Positions 36,672 through 46,407 of a stretch of 64,000 bases of DNA are shown in pieces. Each line of letters begins with the position of its first letter. The stretch's first letter is position 1. This stretch comes from Candidatus Woesearchaeota archaeon CG1_02_57_44 (GTDB lineage: Archaea; Nanobdellota; Nanobdellia; Woesearchaeales; CG1-02-57-44). The notes under the pieces are model-generated. The model was not told the DNA's origin and ran no database searches. It saw only the letters and a list, made by a program, of their open reading frames with translations. The stretch lies in contig MNWW01000066.1 of the NCBI GenBank assembly GCA_001871415.1, positions 2,091-66,090 on the forward strand, in the 5' to 3' direction. Position numbers and translations under genes: made by a program.

Positions 36672-37832
36672 CTAGCACAGTTCTATGACCCTCTTCACTT
36701 CAATACCCAGAGCGTCCAGCTTGGGCCCTTCCATGCGGAAATCTGCCCGTACCGCATATCCATTATCCGGATGCGCGACACGCAGCCCCCGGGTCTTGAC
36801 ATTGTTCGCATAGTTGATGAGCCGGGTGATACGCTCATGCCGTGCACTCATATGATCGGCAAGTGATTCCAATGGCACCAGCCCAAAGGGCACATCCTCC
36901 ACCAGCCGCCGGTTGCCATACACATCCTCGAGGGTGACTGCCTTGTCCCCATACGCCAGCACCAGACGCTCGGAGAGGTCCATGTCGTCCTGGATGGATG
37001 GATTGAGACGCGCCAACCATTCGGCGATACCCTCCAACTGGAATCCGAACTCACCAGCCATGTGCTCGCGCTCCCCATAGACATCGTTTATCAGATCCGC
37101 CTCAGGACCGCTGAGCGAACCATACAGCGAAAAACGAGGGACTTCCCCCTGCATACGGAGCGCCCGGAAACTGTTCTCGGCCGCGATGATGGCGACGGCA
37201 TTGAGTGTCGAGTCATGGTTCTGCAGCGCGATGCGCAGTGGGTGCATCCCATCGATAAATGAGTCTTGACGGAACAATTCGTTGAGCATCGCCACCCTGT
37301 CAGCATTCCTCGCCGGGTCGATGTTCGAGTACTGCACCTTTGATTTCATGTTTCTCGTATGCACTTGCCATGGCCCTGTGATATCGCTCTGGTCCTTATG
37401 CGCATAGAAGATGGAGGTCGATACCTCGCCGATGTCATACTCACCCTCAGCACCTGCTGCCCGCAACGACCTTCGCAGCAGATAGGAGCTGCAGAACTTC
37501 CCAGGAAACATGACCAGGGGCTGCATTGGTTGAAGGACCCCAGCAAGCCGTTCGCCCAGGTCTGTATGACCCTTGGCAAGGATGGAGACCAGCACCATAT
37601 CAGCACCCACCACCGCATGAGCCACATCCGTGGTCATGCCGACGGTCACGGGACCTGACTCCTCAGCTATCGGCTTGGCGTAATCCACCACGATGGTATG
37701 CTCTCTCGCGACATCCAGGTATTCGCGACCAGGTTGACGTCTTCAGCAGACCGTCACATCATGCCCGTGCTTGCCCAGATAGCCAGCGGTGGCCAGACCA
37801 ACATCCCCAGAGCCGATGATGCCGATTTTCAT
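36672..37832 (-). pseudogene. NAD/NADP opine-dehydrogenase-family oxidoreductase interrupted by an in-frame TGA at 37743-37745, in codon 30 just after the Rossmann GxGxxG.
   Basis: The minus strand reads MKIGIIGSGDVGLATAGYLGKHGHDVTVC-TGA-RRQPGREYLDVAREHTIVVDYAKPIAEE..., continuing in the same frame into ORF 36672..37691. An intact TATA-like box (37851-37860) lies about 20 nt upstream of the ATG. Confidence 0.55.
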
Positions 37833-38013
37833 GGAAGCACAATCAGGCAATGCCATAAAAAACTTTGCCGTCACTTGTACGAAAGACGTACTATCGACAA
37901 AGCCCAGCACCCCCACATCACCGTCGACGACACCTCATCCTGGGAAGATCCGCACCTGACAGCGGGAGCATCCGCCAAAAGATACAAAAAGACCCGGAAA
38001 TCTTCCGTACAAC

Positions 38014-38685
38014 ATGGAATTTTCTCAGGAAAAAACGCAGCAGCTCGCCAGAGCAGACCTGTCCAAGAAAGGCAGTGTCGATGATGGTGTCAAAGGCATC
38101 ATCGCGCTGCTCAACGCGCATGACGACTACTACACGACCAGCAGCTGCGCCGGCAGGATAACGCTGCTTGTCGTGCCCCGCACGGGCAGGAAATGCGACG
38201 CGTCCTGGCTGTATGTAAGCCATGATCCAGCAGACGCTGACGCGGTAATCGCTGCGATGCCGCCACCGCCTAATAGGACAGGGACTGCTGACAACAGCAT
38301 CGCAGGTATTGACGGCGACGTGTGGCTGCGCCAGGAATCAGCCATATTGCATGTCGCGGTACGCACGATGGAGGTCGCGAATGCACTGCTTATCGTCGGG
38401 CGTCGAGCAGGCTTCAAGCACAGCGGCGTCATGGCCATGGACAAGCGCATCATGGTGGAGATAATGGGCATCGATAGGTTGGAAGCGCCCGTGCTCATCA
38501 ATGGAACGCGCGTTGCCAGCGATGACTACCTACGGACGCTTGTCAGCGCGGCAAATGCCAAGCTCGAGCGGAACGCGCAACGGCTGGCCAGGCTGGAGCA
38601 GGAGCTGCGGACAATCTGTGCCACCACACAGCACAGTAAGCGCCCTGAGGACAGTGAAGAAAGAAGAATGAAGGAAGCGCTATAG
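38014..38685 (+). CDS. taw3: tRNA wybutosine-derivative biosynthesis protein Taw3 (TYW3 family methyltransferase).
   Basis: TYW3 signature TTSSCAGRITLL, 223 aa. Confidence 0.75.
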   Translation: MEFSQEKTQQLARADLSKKGSVDDGVKGIIALLNAHDDYYTTSSCAGRITLLVVPRTGRKCDASWLYVSHDPADADAVIAAMPPPPNRTGTADNSIAGIDGDVWLRQESAILHVAVRTMEVANALLIVGRRAGFKHSGVMAMDKRIMVEIMGIDRLEAPVLINGTRVASDDYLRTLVSAANAKLERNAQRLARLEQELRTICATTQHSKRPEDSEERRMKEAL

Positions 38686-38753
38686 AGGCATAGCGTCGAT
38701 AGGAAAGAAAAGGAAAAATAAGCGATGCTGATAGACAGCGACTGAATTATGGC

Positions 38754-41120
38754 CTACTTTCTCATCTGACCCAGCATCCATGCGAGCACTCCGACGAGCA
38801 CTGCTATCGCGAGCGCCAGTATCGCCAAGTACGCGTCACCGGACAGGAAGCTCCTGCGCGTGGTACCGTACGCTGGCTGACCATTTCCGTAGATGACATC
38901 CGGCTGCGTGATCGGAGGGACGATGATGGTCGTGCCGCCGGTGTTACTGCCCGTATTGCCTCCAGTGTTTCCACCGGTGCTGCCACCCGTATTGCCTGAC
39001 CCGCCATTAGACCCGCTGCCGGCGCAGTTGACGACGCTCAGCGATAGCTGCTGCTGGTCGAGCAGGGAGCCAAGGTTGACGTACTTCTGATAGACACTCA
39101 CCGTGACAGTATAGATTCCGTTGGCGATGCCCTGGGGCACGAGAAAAGATACCGTCTTATCATAATCCTCATCTGTGTATAGCTTGGACTCGCTGAGCGC
39201 GTTCAGGCCCAGCTGCGCGTTCTTGATCTCCAGGATGATGTTCTCCTGGTCATTATTGCCGTAGTTGCTCAGGCGCGCATACGCGGATCCAGAAGCACCG
39301 CAGCTCACCTGCGAAGGATTCAATGACGCGCTGACGATGCGCACATCAAGGTTCTTCTTGTTTATCTCCAGCTGGAATTTCCAAGTGTCTGAATGCCGGA
39401 CACCATTGTCGTCGCGGCCTGTGACCGTGACCTCGACGTCGTAGTTGTCCGAATCCAGCTTGTCAGGAATGTCAAAGGAGATGGTACGCGTGGAACTCCT
39501 GTCATAGCGCAAGTCAAATGAGCTGGACTCGTCGTCGATGTCATCGCCGTCATCGATATTATAGATGATACCGCTCACCGTGACGTCCTGGATGTCGATG
39601 TCGCTCGTGAACTCGTTCTTCACCTTCACTTCCAGATCCAGCTTCTCTCCGCCCACCAGCTCCACCCTACGAGTGTCGCCATTGTTGACGTCCTTGCTGA
39701 CACCATTGTAGACCACGTTGATGTCGTCAATGCGCAGCATGGACTCTGCCTGCATGGTCACGGAGACGCTCTTCTGGCTCTGTCCGTCATTGAAAACAAT
39801 GGTACCGACCTGGGTGCGCGAAGCTCCCTGGTCAGAGGGAATAGTCATAGTGACGCTCACATCGACGCCCTGGCCAGGTTGCAGATTGCCGATGATCTGC
39901 GGACTCACCTGCGCGTTGTACTTGGACGCGAAGGTGTTGGTGACATTGATGGAAGCTATGACGCCATCGCCTGTGTTCTGCACATGGATGACACCGGACA
40001 CGGTGGTGCCGCGCTGCGCGCCACTGCTGCCGAGGTCCAGCTGCCCGGAGACGCTGAACTGCGTGATGGGATCACGCACCTGCAAGGTGATACCGCCATT
40101 GGTGGTGGTGCTGGAAGTTGTGGCTGTGAGCGGGATGACATAGGTGGCCGGAGATGCGCTCACGCCTGTTATGGTGGCGGTCACATTCTTGGTCTCACCT
40201 GCGGCAAGGGAAAAGCCATTGCTGGAAAACGAGACACTGGCGCCCGCTACGCTCGCGGGATTGGCCGAGAGGGAGACGCTGCTGAACGCCACGTTTCCGC
40301 CATTCGTGACCATCACCGGCACCTGCACAGAACTTGACTGCCCGCGCACCCAGATGGCTGAAGGACTGGAGAGCGACAGGCTGCTCTGCGCTGCCTGCAC
40401 AATGACGGTCAAGGTGCCGCTGAGCACACCTGCGCTCGTGCTGACATCGACATTGCCGACATAGGTACCCAGGGGCTGGCTGGCAGGGACATTGATGGTC
40501 AGGCCCACAGACGATGCGCCGCCATAGGGGATGGTGAAACTGGTCTGGTTCGCGGTGATAGAGCCCGTGGTGATGACATTAGTACCGGAAATCAGGTCAT
40601 GCAAGACAATATTCGCAGGTAGATTGGTGTTGCCGGTGTTCGTGACCGTGATGGTCGCCTTCGCCTGCTGGCCCTGCACACCATTGGTCTGGGCGGAAGC
40701 CACGCTGAAGCTGGATGATGCATTGACCTGGACGCTCAGAGAGACGCTGTCAAATGCACTGCCGCCTGTCGCGTTTATCTGGCCGTTGTAGGTGGCTGCG
40801 AACTGATTCGACGGAACCTGGATAGTGACGGTCCTGGCGAAGGTCGTTCCTGGCGCGACATTGGTTGCTCCGGAAAGGCCGGAGATGGCACTGACCGGGA
40901 TGCTGTTGGAACCGGAGATCAGCGCGTCATACGGGAAATTGAAATTAAGGGTCGTGGTCCCCGTGTTGGTGATATTGATGTCCGCTGACATGGATTGCCC
41001 AGGCAACGCGATGAAGCTCAGGCTGGATGGCGTTATATCAACGCTGTCCGCAGCGAGAGCCGCTGCGCTGCACACGACAACCAACAGGATAGCAAGAATG
41101 CTCCTCATGACGTTCTTCAT
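38754..41120 (-). CDS. Large secreted surface protein (S-layer/adhesin-like, Thr/Ser/Val-rich beta-repeat domains) with an N-terminal signal peptide, a Gly/Asn/Thr-rich stalk and a C-terminal TM anchor.
   Basis: Signal peptide MKNVMRSILAILLVVVCSAAALA. Stalk GSGSNGGSGNTGGSTGGNTGGNTGSNTGGTT. Anchor AYLAILALAIAVLVGVLAWMLGQMRK. TATA boxes at 41148-41160 and 41175-41190. Confidence 0.7.
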   Translation of the reverse strand: MKNVMRSILAILLVVVCSAAALAADSVDITPSSLSFIALPGQSMSADINITNTGTTTLNFNFPYDALISGSNSIPVSAISGLSGATNVAPGTTFARTVTIQVPSNQFAATYNGQINATGGSAFDSVSLSVQVNASSSFSVASAQTNGVQGQQAKATITVTNTGNTNLPANIVLHDLISGTNVITTGSITANQTSFTIPYGGASSVGLTINVPASQPLGTYVGNVDVSTSAGVLSGTLTVIVQAAQSSLSLSSPSAIWVRGQSSSVQVPVMVTNGGNVAFSSVSLSANPASVAGASVSFSSNGFSLAAGETKNVTATITGVSASPATYVIPLTATTSSTTTNGGITLQVRDPITQFSVSGQLDLGSSGAQRGTTVSGVIHVQNTGDGVIASINVTNTFASKYNAQVSPQIIGNLQPGQGVDVSVTMTIPSDQGASRTQVGTIVFNDGQSQKSVSVTMQAESMLRIDDINVVYNGVSKDVNNGDTRRVELVGGEKLDLEVKVKNEFTSDIDIQDVTVSGIIYNIDDGDDIDDESSSFDLRYDRSSTRTISFDIPDKLDSDNYDVEVTVTGRDDNGVRHSDTWKFQLEINKKNLDVRIVSASLNPSQVSCGASGSAYARLSNYGNNDQENIILEIKNAQLGLNALSESKLYTDEDYDKTVSFLVPQGIANGIYTVTVSVYQKYVNLGSLLDQQQLSLSVVNCAGSGSNGGSGNTGGSTGGNTGGNTGSNTGGTTIIVPPITQPDVIYGNGQPAYGTTRRSFLSGDAYLAILALAIAVLVGVLAWMLGQMRK
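38893..39010. repeat. Short tandem near-repeats (GGTGYTRCC-like 9-mers) encoding the GNTGG stalk repeats of the surface protein.
   Basis: Visible periodicity in ggtgttactgcccgtattgcctccagtgtttccaccggtgctgccacccgtattgcctgacccgcc. Confidence 0.5.
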
Positions 41121-41355
41121 GATGCGTTCCCCCGGGAGTATTGTTTCAATAGTATTTATTGCTCAGTAGTCACGGTTTATATATAAACTTTTGCGTTTGA
41201 GCGTAATAATCCGACACCGAATCCGACACCGCAGACACCATAGCGCTCGTACGCAAGGATATACACTGTTTCAGCTATCCTACGTGCGTACGCATTCAGT
41301 TGGTCTCAAGGCCTGACCAACCCCATCCCCATTCAACCACCCCTTACAGTGGATC

Positions 41356-42204
41356 CTATAGCCCCTTTGCGGCGAAATACTGCCGGTATTTCCCCAGATC
41401 CCTTGTCTCCTCAGCAGACAGAGGCGCAGACAAGGGAGCAGAATCCCCATAAAATGCCAAAAACTCCATGCGCTGGTGATCATACAGGTCCTTTGGCGTT
41501 CCCCAACCAAGATACAGGTCAATATCAAAGAAGACCGTGCGCTTGTGCATCGTATTCAGGAACTTTGGGACCGCGTCGACATAGAACTCGTTGTTGATGC
41601 GATGGTCGGCCTTGATCATGGCATCTACGGCGGCCATGAAATCGCCAGCCCGACGAAACCAGAACGTGGCCACGACCGCATGGTCGTTGTAGGGATTGTC
41701 CGAAACGGGCACTTTGACGCTCACATCCTTGACCGTCCTGCCGTCTTCGCCCGGAACCACCCAGCCCCACGCGCGGGGATTCCGACGCAAGGTCTCTTTC
41801 TTCGTGAATGTCCAGAGGATAGCATCCACAGAGGAATCAGCCATCAACCCTGCCATCGCGACTGTATCATAGAGATAACCATTATCACAGGCAGCGATGA
41901 GCAATGGCTCGCCCGGTTCCAGGTATGGCGCCGCCAGCATGCAGGTGCAGGCCTGACCCTCGGTCGTCTTCTCCACCGGCACGATGATGGCATCCGGAAG
42001 CGCAGAGCGGAGGACCTTGTCGATAGCATAGTCGTCCACGTGCTCCTTTCGCACCATGAAGACCCACTTGTCATCCTTGGGCAGATCCTCGATGACCCGC
42101 AGGATCATTGGCTTGCCGGATACCGGCACGAGCGGCTTTGGCAGCACATAACCGTCCCTAGCGAATCTGCTGCCCAGGCCCGCCATAGGGATTATCGTCG
42201 CCAT
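41356..42204 (-). CDS. Sugar-phosphate nucleotidyltransferase (NTP-transferase fold).
   Basis: N-terminal IIPMAGLGSRF (G-x-G-x-R) motif. Start taken at Met20 of the ORF. Confidence 0.7.
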   Translation of the reverse strand: MATIIPMAGLGSRFARDGYVLPKPLVPVSGKPMILRVIEDLPKDDKWVFMVRKEHVDDYAIDKVLRSALPDAIIVPVEKTTEGQACTCMLAAPYLEPGEPLLIAACDNGYLYDTVAMAGLMADSSVDAILWTFTKKETLRRNPRAWGWVVPGEDGRTVKDVSVKVPVSDNPYNDHAVVATFWFRRAGDFMAAVDAMIKADHRINNEFYVDAVPKFLNTMHKRTVFFDIDLYLGWGTPKDLYDHQRMEFLAFYGDSAPLSAPLSAEETRDLGKYRQYFAAKGL

Positions 42205-42378
42205 GCGATTGCGGGAGAGCTGATGGGATAAAAGGGTTGTGGTGGCTGCAAGGCGACACAATACCCTAGCATGACATCACGTCAGATATCTAGCCATCCC
42301 CCCGTAATGCATCCTCGTTCTCCTCTCGCCCATCACAGCAATGCAATCTTAATAAATCAAAGCAAGATCGCCTCATCC

Positions 42379-43779
42379 ATGCCAACCATAGCGCTCATCA
42401 ACTGCGCGAAAGGACTCACGGACATGGTACTGACACCTGCCCAACAGAACATAGGACTGGTCGTCATCAAGCAAGCGCTGGAGAGCGCAGGCATCGATGT
42501 GCTGATGCTCCCGGAAGAGCCCGTCGATTTCAGCAGCGAGAATCTTGACGAGGGCATTCGCGCCATGTACTTCCCCATATTTGAGCGAAGCCATGATATC
42601 GCGTATGTCGGCATGTCGGTCATGTCCGAGACCATGTGGTTAATGAATATGCATGCACAGACCCTGCGACATATCGTCCCAGAAATACCCCTTGCAGCAG
42701 GAGGAGCCGCATTCAGACGCGAGCTCTCGCTTGAGCGCAAAGGCCTACGCGATCCTGTGCATTGGACATTGGAAGAAGGCATCGTCGATCTGGTGAATGT
42801 GGGGCATGCCGCATCGTTCGTGCAGCTGTGCAAGACGTGCGACCGCGACCTGCCTGGCATCTACCATTGGGACGATGGCCTACAAGGCAGCGGGACCAGC
42901 GGCATCCCAGAACTTGATCGCTTGCCCATAGGCATGGGCGAATCGGATTCGATAAGGGTGGTGCTCCGTGACGTCTGCGGCAATGCCTGCGACTACTGCG
43001 TCACGTATAGCGGCGGATTCGCCATCGATCCATCGATAGCCGTACGTGACCTTCGTGCGCATCTTGATACGCATCCAGAACACACGCGCCTGGTCGTCAG
43101 CGACTCCAACCCTTTCGCTAACTGGAGCTACTACGATGACATCCTCACAGGTCTGCAAGGAAGAAACCAGCACACCACCACCTACCTCGAACCGACCAAC
43201 TACGCGCATTCGCCTGAGCTGCATCATACCGCCATACGAAAGCATCGTCTCGACCGTATGTTCATCGGACGCGACACGGTATACGAGACGGATGCCGCAT
43301 TCATGGGACGAAGATATCAGGGAAAATCCAAGACGCAAGCGATGCTCGATACGGAAGCCGTTGCCCTCAAAGAGCTCATCAAGTTCCTGAAAGCAGAGGA
43401 CCGTCCGACGCAGCTGCAGATCCATTATATCCTCTCACCTTCCCTGACGCCTGAACACGGCATCGCGCTGGTGGACGAGATGATGGAGATGGATGCGCTC
43501 GGGAATGACACCGTCGATGTCAGCATCGGCGTATTTCCCCTGCTGCCTCACCCTGGCACGCGCTTGCGCCGTGAGCACATAGAGCACATCATCGGGCCTG
43601 AAGACTACCTCTCTTTCAGAGGGTATGACATACGCTGGAGAGATTCGCTGCCGGGCAGCGCGTGCATAGAAGTGATCGGACGGGCCAGACCCGTAGATAT
43701 GAATTTTCAGGAGCGATACACTGCCGCGCGCGCCGAGCTTGCCGGCATGCGTGCCGCGGGAACATATAGAGAATCATGA
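42379..43779 (+). CDS. Radical SAM enzyme with an N-terminal cobalamin-binding-like domain (class B-like).
   Basis: CGNACDYC (CxxxCxxC) cluster motif. The N-terminal TIALINCAKG...IDVLMLPEE resembles a B12-binding Rossmann fold. An upstream alternative start at 42271 is possible. Confidence 0.65.
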   Translation: MPTIALINCAKGLTDMVLTPAQQNIGLVVIKQALESAGIDVLMLPEEPVDFSSENLDEGIRAMYFPIFERSHDIAYVGMSVMSETMWLMNMHAQTLRHIVPEIPLAAGGAAFRRELSLERKGLRDPVHWTLEEGIVDLVNVGHAASFVQLCKTCDRDLPGIYHWDDGLQGSGTSGIPELDRLPIGMGESDSIRVVLRDVCGNACDYCVTYSGGFAIDPSIAVRDLRAHLDTHPEHTRLVVSDSNPFANWSYYDDILTGLQGRNQHTTTYLEPTNYAHSPELHHTAIRKHRLDRMFIGRDTVYETDAAFMGRRYQGKSKTQAMLDTEAVALKELIKFLKAEDRPTQLQIHYILSPSLTPEHGIALVDEMMEMDALGNDTVDVSIGVFPLLPHPGTRLRREHIEHIIGPEDYLSFRGYDIRWRDSLPGSACIEVIGRARPVDMNFQERYTAARAELAGMRAAGTYRES

Positions 43780-43798
43780 GGGCCCACGTCCGCCATCT

Positions 43799-45292
43799 TC
43801 AATTTTCCACATCAAACCCTGCGCCAGACACGTCGCACACGAACACATCATCCTTCTCGTCATGGAGCGCGACGCAATCAGGCCAGCGCCTGCGCACCTC
43901 TGCCTCGATGGCTGAAGCAGCTTTCGCGCGCCGCAGCGACGATATGACGATGCGTGTTCTTGCGACCCTCGCCATCTCCGCGACAGCCGTCTCAACATCA
44001 GCGCAGTGATGCAGCGCGGTGAAGCTGACCACGACGTCAAAGCTATCATCAGCAAAGGGCAATGCCTCTGCGCTTCCGACCTGTAGTCCCTTGCGGCCCG
44101 CACGCACGCCTTGCTCAATCAATCCTACGCTCGGGTCGAGGCCACAGTAGGTACGCTTGGAAATGGATGAGACCTCCAGAGGGCCGTTCGAGTCAATATT
44201 TTGGTGCCATGCATCATGCAGCATACCGGTGCCGCAGCCCACATCCAGGAGCGACGAGTATTGTGCTATATGCGGTAAGACGAGCGCGTACTTAGCGCGC
44301 TGCTCGTCTCCGTGAAGATCATCATAGCCTGACGCGATGGAAGAATAGTAGCTGGCATCAGCAGGAGCGGGCTGCGATTCCTCGGTCCTCGCAGGAGCCA
44401 CGTCCGTCGACAGCTTGTCTGTGCGTAGCACCTGCAACCCGTGAGATGCCGCGAATTCCTCAGCGAGCGCCATGACCCGCGCTTTTTCCTGACCCAGTCC
44501 TTTCCAATCCAGAAGGATGGCGTCGACACCCATGGTCCCGGTGTCCAAATCCACACCTGCCATCGTGCGCCCGATAGCCTGGCGCAGCATGTCCTCGTCA
44601 AGATCCGGCAACGCGTACTTCGGGCAGACATGACCCACGGCCATGGGATATCGCTGCACCGCCTTGTTGAATTCAGCGCAGGTGTGAGTGCCACCCAAAC
44701 CGACGACGATGCGCGGCACCTCCGCATCCTTGGACATCGGATCTATCGAAAGCAGCTGCACAACCGCGCTCGCCAACGCAGCGCCCGCGACGGGGTCAAC
44801 CCACTCTTTCCCGGTGCTGCCTATCTCCATGAACAGGCAGGGCCTATCGAGCAATGGCCCATGATGCGTCGCCTCCATGACCGGATCGTAGCCATCCGGA
44901 CAGTGGCGCACCAGCGCAAGATACGCTCGACGCTGCCAGAGCGCGGGCGCGATGCCAAGCGCTCGCTTCTTGCCACCTTGCAGCGCGTCGCCCCAGTTGC
45001 CCGGCGCGTGGCAGGACATTGTCGGTACGCCAGCTCTGCTCGCATGACGCGTGAGAAACAGAAACATGTCGGCCGCGAAGCCAAGCGCGCGCATCGTGCT
45101 TCCCAGGTCTTCGCAATGGATCGTGTCCTTCTGCGCGGTGAGCAGCAGCAGACGATGGAGAGGAGTCTGCGCGTGCAGGAGAGCAGATCCGTCGTGCGCA
45201 CCTTGCGCATGCCAGGGCATCCTGGCGAGCAATCGCTCACGCACATTCATCCCCGCAGGGTCCTGCACTGACACGATGATGGCGATGTCCAT
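43799..45292 (-). CDS. dtdA: Fusion of archaeal D-aminoacyl-tRNA deacylase (DtdA) with a C-terminal class I SAM-dependent methyltransferase.
   Basis: DtdA N-terminus: MDIAIIVSVQDPAGMNVRERLL, TMSCHAPGNWG, EATHHGP. C-terminus: LLDVGCGTGMLH (motif I) and FDVVVSFTALHH. Confidence 0.75.
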   Translation of the reverse strand: MDIAIIVSVQDPAGMNVRERLLARMPWHAQGAHDGSALLHAQTPLHRLLLLTAQKDTIHCEDLGSTMRALGFAADMFLFLTRHASRAGVPTMSCHAPGNWGDALQGGKKRALGIAPALWQRRAYLALVRHCPDGYDPVMEATHHGPLLDRPCLFMEIGSTGKEWVDPVAGAALASAVVQLLSIDPMSKDAEVPRIVVGLGGTHTCAEFNKAVQRYPMAVGHVCPKYALPDLDEDMLRQAIGRTMAGVDLDTGTMGVDAILLDWKGLGQEKARVMALAEEFAASHGLQVLRTDKLSTDVAPARTEESQPAPADASYYSSIASGYDDLHGDEQRAKYALVLPHIAQYSSLLDVGCGTGMLHDAWHQNIDSNGPLEVSSISKRTYCGLDPSVGLIEQGVRAGRKGLQVGSAEALPFADDSFDVVVSFTALHHCADVETAVAEMARVARTRIVISSLRRAKAASAIEAEVRRRWPDCVALHDEKDDVFVCDVSGAGFDVEN

Positions 45293-45296
45293 CATA

Positions 45297-46313
45297 TCAC
45301 CGCAACCCAAAGACATCATGCGCGATCATTCTGGCAATCTCCTCGTGCCCCGCAGCATCCGGATGATAAGGGTCCTGCGGACCGAGCGAGGAAGCATTGA
45401 GCGCATAGAGGTCAAGCACGCCAAGCCCTGCCTGTCTTGCCCGTCCAGCGACGAGCGCGTGGACATCCTGCCATCGATAGTCTTCGATGAAGAGCGGGAC
45501 GATGACTACCGTCACATCGAAATTGTCTTGCTTGGCAAGCGCGGCAAGACGATCGAACGCCGCGCCCACCGCCTCGAAAGATTTACCCTTATGGATGTAA
45601 TGGATGTAGTCCTCCTTGAGGAAGAAGGCATAGTATATCTTACGCACCACCAGCAGGGTCTTGCCATACACCCAACCGAAGAGGTGACTGGGATAATAGT
45701 CCGGCCTGAACACAATGTCATTTGTTCCTGGGTCATTGAGCACATAAGCGACGATGACCTGATCAGGTCGATACATGAGAGCTTTCGTGGCCAACTGCTC
45801 GACCTCCTGCTCAGTGCCATAGCCGGACACGCCGAAATTGAGGACCTCGAATGATTGATGAGATTGCTGTGAAGAGTCTATGGTCTGCTGGCCAGCATCC
45901 TCTGTCGGGCCTTGAACAGCATCGGCCTGCCCGCCACGTAGCATGCGCTCAAGCACGTTCGGGAAGGTCTGGCTGGAATTCACGCCCCAGCCGAAGGTGA
46001 CTGAGTCGCCGAGCACGATGATGCGGTACGTCGTGGGCTGCCCTGACGCGTCCAGAGGGCGCTCTATAGGATACGCGTCATCACGAAATCCCTGGCTGTT
46101 GATCGTGTAGGCAATCCCCTGCTGCACACTCGTCGTATTGGGATTAAGCTCGTACATAAGGACTTTGTCCGCAGAGCGGATGTGCACGACGTCATGGTTG
46201 CCCCAGATGGTTTCTCCCACGCGAAAGCAGCCCTCAAGGACAAGGAACACCAGGAGCAACCAAGCGATGGATCTCCAAAGCTTCGCACTCCCTCGCTTTG
46301 CTTTCAGCCACAT
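45297..46313 (-). CDS. Membrane-anchored SGNH/GDSL-family hydrolase.
   Basis: N-terminal TM segment. IVLGDSVTFGWG (GDS block) and DPYHPDAAGHEEIA (DxxH block). Confidence 0.65.
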   Translation of the reverse strand: MWLKAKRGSAKLWRSIAWLLLVFLVLEGCFRVGETIWGNHDVVHIRSADKVLMYELNPNTTSVQQGIAYTINSQGFRDDAYPIERPLDASGQPTTYRIIVLGDSVTFGWGVNSSQTFPNVLERMLRGGQADAVQGPTEDAGQQTIDSSQQSHQSFEVLNFGVSGYGTEQEVEQLATKALMYRPDQVIVAYVLNDPGTNDIVFRPDYYPSHLFGWVYGKTLLVVRKIYYAFFLKEDYIHYIHKGKSFEAVGAAFDRLAALAKQDNFDVTVVIVPLFIEDYRWQDVHALVAGRARQAGLGVLDLYALNASSLGPQDPYHPDAAGHEEIARMIAHDVFGLR

Positions 46314-46407
46314 ACCAACGCGGGATGCTGACAGGTTCTAAAAGCTATCGGCCACTTACGGCCACAAAGGAGCAGCACGGGCACTGTATGCATTGGCGAG
46401 CATTGCT

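Noticed and set aside
2010-37745. Hypothesis that TGA is a sense codon in this organism (two in-frame TGAs observed).
   Set aside because: Many genes end in TGA with tight ATGA stop/start overlaps (hisC/hisB, hisAIE/hisD, TIM-barrel/MTase) and proteins terminate at their conserved ends. TGA is a genuine stop here.
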